Assembly (NCBI GenBank): GCA_023205875.1
Contig: CP060759.1
Coordinates: 496,001 to 560,000, forward strand
Reading direction: 5' to 3'
Source: Chloropicon primus
Lineage: Eukaryota
DNA length: 64,000 bases
The notes beneath the pieces were generated by a model that saw nothing but the letters and a program-made list of their open reading frames with translations, was not told the DNA's origin and ran no database searches. Of the stretch, positions 1 through 9,171 are shown in pieces. Position 1 is the stretch's first letter; every line of letters starts with the position of its first letter. The position numbers were made by a program, and so were the translations under genes.

Positions 1-210
1 CGGAATGGGAATGGGATCCTCTTCTCTTCCTGTTGCTGCTGTTGTTCGTGATGATGACGACGATGGTGAGCAGAGGAAGGGACGCAGAAACAACGCGTCG
101 TTCCTTTTCTCCTTCGCTTTCGATTCATCCAGGTGGTGGTGATTGTCGTCGTCGTCGTCGTCGTCGTCGTCGTTAGATTCTTCTTCGGTGCTTGGATGGA
201 TGGATTGAAG

Positions 211-1189
211 ATGGAGCGAGAGAGAGTCGTGTTGGGGAAGCAGGCGATGACGAGGATGCACAGGGAGCTCAAGATGATGGCTACAGAGCCGCCTCCGGGT
301 GTGAGCGCCTGGCCAAAGGACGAGAACAAGATTCATGAGGTGAGGAACTCCTCCCGGCCCAGCCCTATTTGTGTGTGTGTTGTTCGCTGACCATTCCCTT
401 GGTTCTTTCGTCCTCGAACGCGACCAGCTCGAGGCGGTGATTCAGGGACCGCCGGACACGGTGTACGAGAACGGGTTCTTTCACCTCAACGTGACGATAC
501 CGACGAGGTAAGAAGAGGGAGACAACAGTTGTTCGTTCTCACACCAACTTCTTTCTGCTGCTGCTGACCCTGTGCCACTCCCGCCTCTCTTGTTCTTAGG
601 TACCCGTTCGAGCCGCCGAGCGTGCAGTTCTCGACGCCGATCTACCACCCGAACATCGATTCGAGCGGCAGAATCTGCTTGGATACGCTGAACATGCCGC
701 CCAAAGGCGCCTGGAAGCCGTCCCTGAACATCTCCACCGTCCTGTCGACCATAAGACTTCTTTTGGAGCACCCCAACCCCGATGACGGCCTCATGACTGA
801 CATCGTAAGTACCCTCTCCATCTCGAGAAGGAGAAGGAGAAGGAGAAGACGTCGTTAACCCATTCCCCACTCGCGCCGCTTCGGTGACTGACGCCGCTTC
901 TCGGACCCGTCGTCGTCGTTCTTCATCTTTTGTGTGTGTGCGTGTGTGTGTGCAGACGCAAGAGTACAAGCACAACAGGGAGCTGTTCGACGCCAAGGCC
1001 AGGAAGAGCGTAGAGGCTCACGCGAAGAGAGGAAGCCGGGCGGAAGCCCGTGCCGGTGGCGCCGAGCCCGCGGCCTCGCAAGAGGAGAGAAGCGTGGAGG
1101 ACGACCACGAGCTCGCCACCGCCGGGAAGCGCAAGTCCAGGCTGGGCCTCGTCTCCAGCAGCAAGAGCAAGATTGCGAAGCAAGTGTAA
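211..1189 (+). CDS. UBE2T: Ubiquitin-conjugating enzyme E2, UBE2T/UBC37-like (4 exons: 211-339, 428-507, 600-804, 956-1189)
   Basis: Spliced translation gives [21 protein letters not shown]...[18 protein letters not shown]...[47 protein letters not shown] motif and catalytic Cys are present, and the PPKGAW insert is typical of UBE2T. All three GT-AG introns keep the frame. Confidence 0.9.
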
Positions 1190-1264
1190 AACAAAGCTGT
1201 ACTAGAGAAGGGTGTTTCTTTTATTGTTGGCTGCTTCCTCCTCCACCCCCCCCCCTTCCTGGAC

Positions 1265-1877
1265 TCAAAGTGACTTGAGAGCTTCCTGGATGTCGGCGTA
1301 AACCTTATCCTTGGCCTGGTCGCCGTTGATTCTGACCAAAACATCGCTGTAGGAATCCAAGATCGCGGCAACGTTGCTGTTGTGAGTCTCGAGCCTCGGC
1401 ACAACCTTCTCCTCGGTGTCGTCGCTCCTCTGGATCAGCCTCTCCGCGACCTCCTCGCTCTCCGGTGGAGCGTACTTGAGGTGGTAGATCTTTCCCGTCT
1501 CCGGGTCGAGCCTCCTGCCCACAACCCTGTCCACCAGGATAGAATCCGGCACCTCGAGGAGGAGGAACACTTCCGGCCTGATGTTCGCCTCCTCCAGGGC
1601 ATCGGCCTGGTCCTTGCTTCGAGGGTAACCGTCCAGGAGCCACCCAGCCAAAGCGTCCGGCTGGTTCAGCCTGTCTTTGACCATGGTCACAACGATCTCG
1701 TTGGGAACGAGCTTTCCGGCATCCATGAACTCCTTCGCCTTCAGCCCGTTCGCAGTCCCGCTGCCCACCTCCGCGCGAAGGAGGTCGCCCGCGCTAATGT
1801 GCGTCAAGTTGTAGTTTCCCGAAAGCATCTCGCATTGCGTCCCCTTTCCAGAAGCAGGAGCGCCTTTCGAGCGAGCG

Positions 1878-1917
<40 letters not shown>

Positions 1918-2172
1918 TCCATCGTCGAGTCAGCGAGCGAATCGGAATCCCAATGACGCGCTCGCAAACAGAAAGACTTCGTGTGACGGGGCGTTGAAAA
2001 TGCTTCACGACGACGTACCTGATATCATGACCTTGTTCACGGCCATGCGAGTCAAGTTCCTGGTCCCCCTGGGTTGCGTTCTCCTGCTGGACGAAAGTGC
2101 GGGGGCGGGGCCCACCCTGGTACCCCAGCACCTCACCCTTGTCGTCCTCTCCGTCCTGTAAGCCGTCACCAT
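1265..2172 (-). CDS. Adenylate kinase, probably chloroplast (exons 2172-2019 and 1863-1265)
   Basis: Splicing joins VMIS to GAPASGKGTQC (P-loop). HISAGDLLR, GWLLDGYPR and the LID segment RRLDPETGKIYH are present. The N-terminus is Arg/Thr-rich like a transit peptide. Confidence 0.92.
1881..1913. repeat. (GA)n microsatellite forming the pyrimidine tract of the adenylate kinase intron
   Basis: Read directly. Confidence 0.9.
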
Positions 2173-2543
2173 GTTCCCCTTTCCCCTAACGGCGGCCTTG
2201 GTTGCTGGTATGTTATCCTCAAGATGATTGAAGATCTGGCCTCCTTCATGGGCGCCAGTCCGTTATAACCTTTTCGAGCTGGGAGTGATGGAGTGATGGA
2301 GAAGGGGAAGAGAGGGAAGGGAGACCAGGATAGAAGGAAGAACTTGGTTGCTCTCTCCATTGCTTTCGATGGATCCAGACATGAATGGATCGGTCGCTTG
2401 CTTGCTATGGAACGCACGCGGCGATCCCGTGTCGGCGTCGATCGATATTGATGAGGAGAAAAGGCGATGATGACAACAGGCTGATATTTGTCGTCGTTTG
2501 TTGCTCTTGTTATACAAAGGCAGCGAGGCTCCAAGCCGACGGC

Positions 2544-5039
2544 TTAGTGTGCGAAGCCTGCGATGTGCCACTCCACGGCTTGGTGGAAAATTTCGCTGAT
2601 CGCCGCCGGACACTTGCCTCCCAGCTGCTGCTGGGCGCGCCTCACGGCCTGCAGACCGGATCTGGAGATCATGTGGAAGAAGGCGTCCTGGATCGCGTAT
2701 GGGATCTCGACCTGCTTTGCTGGATCGTTCACCAGGCCGGGGTGGAGCTCGCGCAGCGCTTTGGAAGCCATTTCGCAAGCATCCTTCAGCTGCTGGGACT
2801 CCGCGTACATCCGGAGGAGGGTCACGCATGACACGAGCTTGAACTGGGAGTTGAGCGCCGCCCTGTGGCTCCTCTCGGCCTCCACGGGCCTGAATATCCT
2901 CTCTGCCAGGATGCCCCTTCGGTACCAGTCCACCGCGATATTTTGCCCGGTGAACATGCTCACCGCGGTGACTTCCTCATCCGTATCTGGGTCCTCCTCG
3001 TCCTCACCCTCGTGGAGTTCCGTGTCATAGTCAGACACCTCAAAGTCGTTGTCGATCACTTTCTTTATGTTCTTCACGTGAAGCTTGAACTCCACGTATT
3101 CTGCGAGGTCGCTGTACAGCGCGTAGATGATCTCGTCCAGCCAAATGTTGCAGACTTCTTTGGCAAACTTGCTGGCCTTGAGCTTGGGCTCGGGGGATTC
3201 CGAGAGCTTGACGCCGACGCTCATGAGCTTGACGCCTTCCTCGATCTGGGCTTGGGCCTCGGGGTCGGGCCCCTGATCGACCTCCTCTTCGTCCCCGCCG
3301 CTGTCGCCCCGATCAGCAGCCTCGCCGTCGTCGTGGATCTCAACCGCAACCTCCTTGGGGGCCACTTCCTCCTCCCTTCCTTCTGCTGCGTCTCCTTCCT
3401 CGCCAGCCTCAACGTCAATGCACACAGCACCCGCCGCCTTGGCGTCACCACCCTGCTCAGAGGTGGGTTCCTCGTCGCTCTCCCCCTCGGTGTTCTCTTC
3501 TTCACTCTCGTCATTGCCACTGTCAACCTCCTCCATGAAGAAGGTCTGGGCTCGAAGCTGCAAGAACGGATCCCAGTCCAACTCCGCCACGAGCTCGACC
3601 AGGACAAGATACACCTCCCTCCTCACAGCCGCCGCGAAGTTGTACAAGTAGTAGTCGTGGGTCAGGAGCATTTTGTGCGGCACCAGTAGGTTGCCGGGGA
3701 GCTCCATGAGCTTGGCCCTGCCGTACTCCTCCAACTCCTGCTTCAGCTTGGACATCATCTTGGTGTCAATGTTGCCGGACCCATCGCTGGGTTCGACCAC
3801 CCGGGACCACTGAGGAATGATAATGAGGATGTCTTCGGTCTCCTCTATGTCCTGGGGCGGGTGGATCTGGTTCAGCGCCAGCAGGGCCTCCCTGAAACCT
3901 GCCATCGAGCTTGGGCTATTGAAGCACGAGATAGCTCGCAGCCTCGCCAGGACGACTCTCGCGGGCCTGTAATCCGCATCGAGGCTGACCGCCTTGGTGG
4001 CGGCCTCCAGCCCGAACTCGAGGTTTGTGCCGTCGGAGGGATCATCCAAGTCCACGCACAACTCCGCCACCGCCGTGTACAGCGGAGAGTAGACTTCCTT
4101 GTACCCCTCCTCGTCGCTCAAGTCCTGTAACACGAGGGAGATGGTGTACTCGAGGTACTGGAGGGCCTCCTGCCGCTTGCCGAGATACCTCATGCACGAC
4201 GCCTCGTATATCGCTTGGATCGGGTCATCCAAGTCCGTGGCCATCTGGTGGAAAACGTTCTTGAGCACGCTCACGCGCTGCACGTGGGTGAAGTGGTTCA
4301 TCAGGGCCAGAGAGACGATGTCCACGTGCTCGCTCCTGCAGCCTTTGGCCCCGTCGTAGTGCAGCCTCTCCCTGACTTGCTTGATCCTCCCGGTCCTCAC
4401 GATGTGCATCACCGAGTCCAGCAGGAGTGCTTCGTCTTGCAGGGAGCACGGGAACCTCTCGTGGCTCTTGAGCACCGCGAGGTTGGGAACCTCCAGCCCC
4501 AGAAGCAAGTTCGGATGCAGCATCGTTGTCCTGATGAAGCTGCTGACCATCGCGCCCTTCCATATGTCGTCGTCCACGGGGACCTCCTGGCCGGAACCGG
4601 TCACTGCAGAGACGGTCACGCCTCCCGGTATCTTCACCCTGCACCTCACGTCGCAGCCCGAGAATATGTCGTAGCAGCAGTACGTCCCCCCCGTGAACTT
4701 CCACGTCTGCGTCTGCACCAAGCTCCCCAAGAAGCTCGCTTGCTCCTGGCTCCGGGTCAGCCTGGCAAAGTAGGCAGCGAAGGAGGCCGCCCCTTCCACC
4801 CGGAGACCCAGCACGTAGTGAAAGCAGCAGCACGTCGTGGTAGGTTGAGGGGTCAGGTAGGACAACGTCGAAGAAGAAGAAGAAGTCTTGTCCACCGTGC
4901 AGAGGTCCGGTGGCCCGATGCCTGAGATACCACTACCATTGTCCGCCTCCGTCAGCAGGGCTAGGCTCGCGTCCCTCGTCCGAAGGGCGCACCCGAGCTC
5001 GGCCTCCTCAAGCTCTCGGAGCGAGGCTATCGACTCCAT
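2544..5039 (-). CDS. ChAPs family (Chs5p-Arf1p-binding; Bch1/Bud7-like) exomer cargo-adaptor homolog with TPR-like repeats
   Basis: Motifs GPPDL, FHYVLG...SFAAY, GTYCCYDIFSGCDVRCRVKIPG, YLVLVELVAELDWDPFLQLRAQTFFMEE and KEVCNIWLDEIIYALYSDL resemble recalled conserved blocks of fungal Bch1/Bud7, in the expected order. A long acidic insert lies between the last two. Confidence 0.8.
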   Translation of the reverse strand: MESIASLRELEEAELGCALRTRDASLALLTEADNGSGISGIGPPDLCTVDKTSSSSSTLSYLTPQPTTTCCCFHYVLGLRVEGAASFAAYFARLTRSQEQASFLGSLVQTQTWKFTGGTYCCYDIFSGCDVRCRVKIPGGVTVSAVTGSGQEVPVDDDIWKGAMVSSFIRTTMLHPNLLLGLEVPNLAVLKSHERFPCSLQDEALLLDSVMHIVRTGRIKQVRERLHYDGAKGCRSEHVDIVSLALMNHFTHVQRVSVLKNVFHQMATDLDDPIQAIYEASCMRYLGKRQEALQYLEYTISLVLQDLSDEEGYKEVYSPLYTAVAELCVDLDDPSDGTNLEFGLEAATKAVSLDADYRPARVVLARLRAISCFNSPSSMAGFREALLALNQIHPPQDIEETEDILIIIPQWSRVVEPSDGSGNIDTKMMSKLKQELEEYGRAKLMELPGNLLVPHKMLLTHDYYLYNFAAAVRREVYLVLVELVAELDWDPFLQLRAQTFFMEEVDSGNDESEEENTEGESDEEPTSEQGGDAKAAGAVCIDVEAGEEGDAAEGREEEVAPKEVAVEIHDDGEAADRGDSGGDEEEVDQGPDPEAQAQIEEGVKLMSVGVKLSESPEPKLKASKFAKEVCNIWLDEIIYALYSDLAEYVEFKLHVKNIKKVIDNDFEVSDYDTELHEGEDEEDPDTDEEVTAVSMFTGQNIAVDWYRRGILAERIFRPVEAERSHRAALNSQFKLVSCVTLLRMYAESQQLKDACEMASKALRELHPGLVNDPAKQVEIPYAIQDAFFHMISRSGLQAVRRAQQQLGGKCPAAISEIFHQAVEWHIAGFAH

Positions 5040-5966
5040 AAAGCAGAGCAAAGCAGAGCAAGATGGTTGGTTATTGGTCACGGGGGTGGGAGTGGCTTGC
5101 TGGCCCTGTGACGAGTGCAAGACGACTTCCTTCCACGAAGGCCTTTGCTTAGGTTGGCTTTCCTTGCCTTGCCTTGCCGGGCAAGATAGGCAAGGCAAGG
5201 ATCTTTTGGGGTGATCTTTGAGAGTGAAGGAGGAGGAAAGCGACCACCACCAATTCTAGAACAACAAGATCTTTTGAAACACAAGATCCAACCCTTGACT
5301 CAAAGGTCTCCTCTCTTCCTCTGTTCTGGAAGATGAAGAGGCACCGTCGACCCAACTCGCACCCGTCCCCATGGTGCAGCTTGGAGAGGTCACCTTAATG
5401 TTCTCAGGTGGGCTCTAAGCCAGAATCCGCCTTGGGATTGGGACGCAGTGAGATGCTTAAATGGGGCGGAGTTGTGCGGTCACCAGCACATCACCGACTG
5501 GGCCGAGGCTCTGGCACTTGCTGCTGATGAGTATGATGACCTGAGTGATTTTGAGTGATGTTGCTTACTTACGTGAAGAAGATATTCGACTTTCTGCACT
5601 CTTCGCGATCTTAAGGAGGTCTACATGAATGTATTCCACACAATCAATGATCAATGTTACAAAGAGCACCACCTTCCTTACGCGTCCGAATCGGCGGGCT
5701 TCGCGCACAGTTGCCGAACGCACGCACGCTGCCTCTCTCCCCTCGCCTCGGAACCCCCAACGCCCTCGTCCGCGTCGTAGTCCTCCAGAGGGTTGGACCA
5801 CCTTTCTCTCACGGCGATTGCCTCCTCCTCCAAGGGCGAAGTCACTTTCAGCTTGGACCAAGGTTCACTCTCCTCCTGCTCCCTGAGGTAAGCGTGCGAC
5901 CTGTACCTCGCCTCGATCTGCCTCTTGGTCTCGTGCGTTAATGTCTTAAATGACTGTAACGTGGTG

Positions 5967-5977
5967 GGACTCGAACC
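5967..5977 (-). promoter_or_regulatory. Pol III B box (GGTTCGAGTCC) just downstream of the U6 terminator
   Basis: Exact match to the GGTTCGANTCC consensus, 6 bp after the oligo-T run, same orientation as U6. Confidence 0.6.
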
Positions 5978-5987
5978 CGCAACAAAA

Positions 5988-6091
5988 AAAAATTTGGACT
6001 CTTCTCGATTTATGCGTGTCATCCTTGCGCAGGGGCCATGCTAATCATCTCTGTATCGTTCCAATTTTGAAAAATGACTCCGGAGAGTCAC
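5988..6091 (-). ncRNA. U6: U6 spliceosomal snRNA
   Basis: Minus strand reads GUGACUCUCCGGAGUCAU...AAAAUUGGAACGAUACAGAGAUGAUUAGCAUGGCCCCUGCGCAAGGAUGACACGCAUAAAUCGAGAAGAGUCCAAAUUUUU. It has the 5' hairpin, ACAGAGA box, AGC triad and ISL, followed by a T9 Pol III terminator (5984-5992). Confidence 0.97.
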
Positions 6092-6113
6092 AATTTCGAA
6101 ACTTGGGCTACAA

Positions 6114-6119
6114 TTTATA
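6114..6119 (-). promoter_or_regulatory. TATA box of the U6 gene
   Basis: TATAAA at about -28 to -23 from the inferred U6 start at 6091. Confidence 0.75.
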
Positions 6120-6191
6120 CCCCTGGCCGAACTCGCGACATAATCCCAATCGGGTGTTGTGTTCAGTCACACACACACAAGTCAAGCAAGG

Positions 6192-7240
6192 ATGGCGGCA
6201 GCGGCGGGGACGCGTTCCGTGAGCTTAATTGCGCTCACTGCTGGTGAGTAATTCACTCATCCACTCGGTGCTTTCGTCCTCCCCCCCTCTCTTTCGCTGA
6301 CCACCGGGAGGAACCTCATCCTCATCATCCTCCTCCTCCTCCTCATCCTCTTCTTCTTCTTCCAGGCGCAGGGGGAGCGATACTGGCGGGGAACGCGGAC
6401 ATCGTGGCGCACGTGGTGAAGGAAATTCTCCTGGCTGCGGGGAAGATAGCCTCTCGAGTCACCCAGCAAGGCGGCGGCTCGGCCTCCGGGTCAGTGCCGC
6501 CAGCTGCAGATGGTGCCTCCGTCCAAATCACGGAGCTCGCGCTCCAGGTGCAGGAGCTTTCGAGGATGGTGCACAAGGCGGTGGTGTCTGGGGGGCAAGG
6601 GGCCTCCAAGGGACCGAGCTGGCTCACAATTTTTCTTCTGACGTCCCTCGGGGCGTCCGGGGCCATGCAGCTCGGGGGCTTCGGGCCCCTCTCGTACCTG
6701 CTGGACTCGCTCTTCGTGACCAAGAACGTCTTCAAGAAGGGGGTCGGCCGGATCGGGGCCGAGGTGTCGAGCCTCGGGGACAGGGTGGCGCAGATGCGGT
6801 CCTTCTTCTCGGAGAGGATGGCCGCCCTGGACTCGAAGCAGGGCGAGTGCAACGAGGCCGTGGAGTCCTTGGGGAAGCGCGTGGATGGTGTGGCCAGGGA
6901 CGTGGCCCAGGTGGGCGAGGGACTCGACGCCGTGGACGCGAAGATCGACGGCCTGGGCGAAAGGCAGGACCTGGCGAACCGCGGCATCGGCCTCCTTTGC
7001 AAGGTCGTGATGCGTCAGCTCAACCAGGGGAACCGGACGTACGAGAACAGAAGCACGACCGCCGAGCTCGAGCACTACTTGAAGGACGAGCTCTTCAGGG
7101 GAAAGGCGGGTGACGGGGTCGCCCTCCCGGGTCTGAGGGACCTCCTGGTCCTCAAGGCGTCGAGGCCACCGAAGGGCCAGCAGCAGCAGCAGCAGCATGA
7201 GAAGAAGAAGGACAGCAGGGAACCCAAGTGGCTCGAGTAA
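6192..7240 (+). CDS. DUF1664-family coiled-coil membrane protein (exons 6192-6243, 6366-7240)
   Basis: N-terminus LIALTAGAGGAILAGN, a hydrophobic segment, DSLFVTK, a coiled coil and QDLANRGIGLLC resemble plant DUF1664 proteins. Intron GTGAGT...CAG has a GCTGAC branch point. Confidence 0.7.
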
Positions 7241-7940
7241 TGCGGTCCTCCTTGTCGCAAATCCAATGCATGCGCCGACCTTGGTCCTCTGCATGATCAT
7301 CCACTCCAAGTGCTGGAAGGCTAACTTCTTGTACAACCACGTCGCGATGGGCATGACTGGTCTCGGGGCGAGCTCCAAGTACAAGCTCGTGCATGGTTCG
7401 TCTTCCCCATGCTCCAGCTCCTGGTGATCATCAACATGTTGAAGAACACAGGGAGAGGCCCATCGGAGCCGCCGATGGTTGGGTGGCCTCCCTCTCCAGG
7501 GAGGTCCTGGACACGGAGATCCACGGGCTCACCGACCGGATGACGTCCAACGTCGCCATGGACTGCAACATGTACAACTCTGTGTACACGCTTGTCGGGT
7601 GGGAGTGGAGCGTCCCTCTCGCCTCTCGCGATGCTCTTTTCGATGCAAGTAAAGGGAAAAATGATGTAAAAAAACACGTCCGTAACGGTTTTGGGTTTTT
7701 GGAGGGCAAGAGCGAACCCAAACAGTCGGACGACGACGGAACGAAAAACGAAACGACCGACGACAGGGAACGGCGTCGTCCTTGAGAGAAGCCAAAGCCT
7801 CTCCTTCTCCTTCTATCTTCTCCTTCTCCTTCTCCTCCTCCTCGAAGGCGGCTTGGAGGACACACACACCCCGACTTCGGGTTCCCTCTTGCATTCACGA
7901 TACCCATACCATACAGGTGGTGGTAGGGTTTTCGACGATC

Positions 7941-8477
7941 ATGGCGGAAGAAGCGACGTTCGACCAGAACACCGGACTGATGGTGAGTACGCGGGACGAC
8001 GAGGACGCCGGCCCATCCCACACACACGCACGCACTCACACACGCACGCACTCGATCAAGCACCACCACCACCACCACCACCTCCACCTTCATGCTCACA
8101 ACTTGTCTCTGCCCCTGCACCTCCTGGATCGAGAATGAACGCGCTGACCCACCGCTTCCTCGCTTTTCTTCTCTCCTGCGCAGGTGGTGACCTTCCTCCT
8201 CTCGGGGGTGGCCCTCGTCATCGGTTTTGGATTCCTGCTAGCGGTGGTCTTCGTCGAGCCCATCGTCATGGACAAGTACTACAAGCGGTGGTACGACAAG
8301 AGGAGGGAGGTCTGCGCCAGTGAGAGAGCGACGCAGAAAGAGAGAGAAGTGGCCAGTAACAACAACAGCAGCAACAAGTCAAACGGCACGAGAACCAACA
8401 CCGCCTCCGCCAGAGTCTCCCAGGGGTCGCTGCGGTCCACAGTTGAGCTGCTTGATTCATCCGCACCAAGGGCTTAA
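7941..8477 (+). CDS. Small single-pass membrane protein of unknown function (exons 7941-7982, 8184-8477; 3' end uncertain)
   Basis: ATG exon, GTGAGT donor, GCTGAC branch point and pyrimidine-rich CAG acceptor join in frame to the hydrophobic stretch VVTFLLSGVALVIGFGFLLAVVFV. Confidence 0.55.
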
Positions 8478-8927
8478 CTCCTCACTCACTGACACACACA
8501 CACACACACAGACACACACACAGACACACACACACGCCTTGCTGCTCCGGAATTAATAACAAACCCAATTTCATTTCCAGCGCGACTCCTCTTCCCCCTC
8601 CCCTCTCTCTCCCCTCTCTCTCATCCGCTTCAGCAGTCCTCTCCTGTCCTGTCCTGCTCTCCACCCAATGCCCAGAACCCTGGAACCACACATCCTCCAC
8701 GGGCATGCTCCACTCCCTCTTCACATTGAGCCTCCCCCCTCCCCCTCCCCCTCCCTCCCTCCGCTTCGCTTCATCTCATCCTCACCTTTTTGGCCATTAT
8801 TATTACTAGCAGCAGCAGCTCTGCTCTGCGTTCACGGCATAGACGACGAGGAGGAGGAGGAGGGTGCCGGGGTGCCGAGACCACGCCCTTCGACGCTTGC
8901 CACCAGCATAACCGTCGTCGTCGTCGT

Positions 8928-8964
<37 letters not shown>

Positions 8965-9171
8965 CTTGCTTGCTTACTTGAAAGGGAATGGCGTAGGTGT
9001 CCACGGCGGACTGATCGATTTCGCTCTGCTCCACCACCTTGCTGCTGTTGTTGTTGCCTGGTCGTGCTGGAATTCTTGTCCTGAAGCTCATGTGGACTTG
9101 ATCCAACAACTTTAGGCGGTCACCGGTCGTTCAATACATCACCATCATCGTCGTCATCATTATCATCATTG

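Noticed and set aside
5371..5560. Possible C/D snoRNA (TGATGA...CTGA at about 5525-5544)
   Set aside because: The boxes are too close together and there is no terminal stem or recognisable guide.
5900..5983. Permuted or split tRNA behind U6 (T-arm first, then TAACGCA... as a 5' half)
   Set aside because: The acceptor stem would have two mismatches and no convincing D-arm or anticodon arm can be folded; kept only as a B box.
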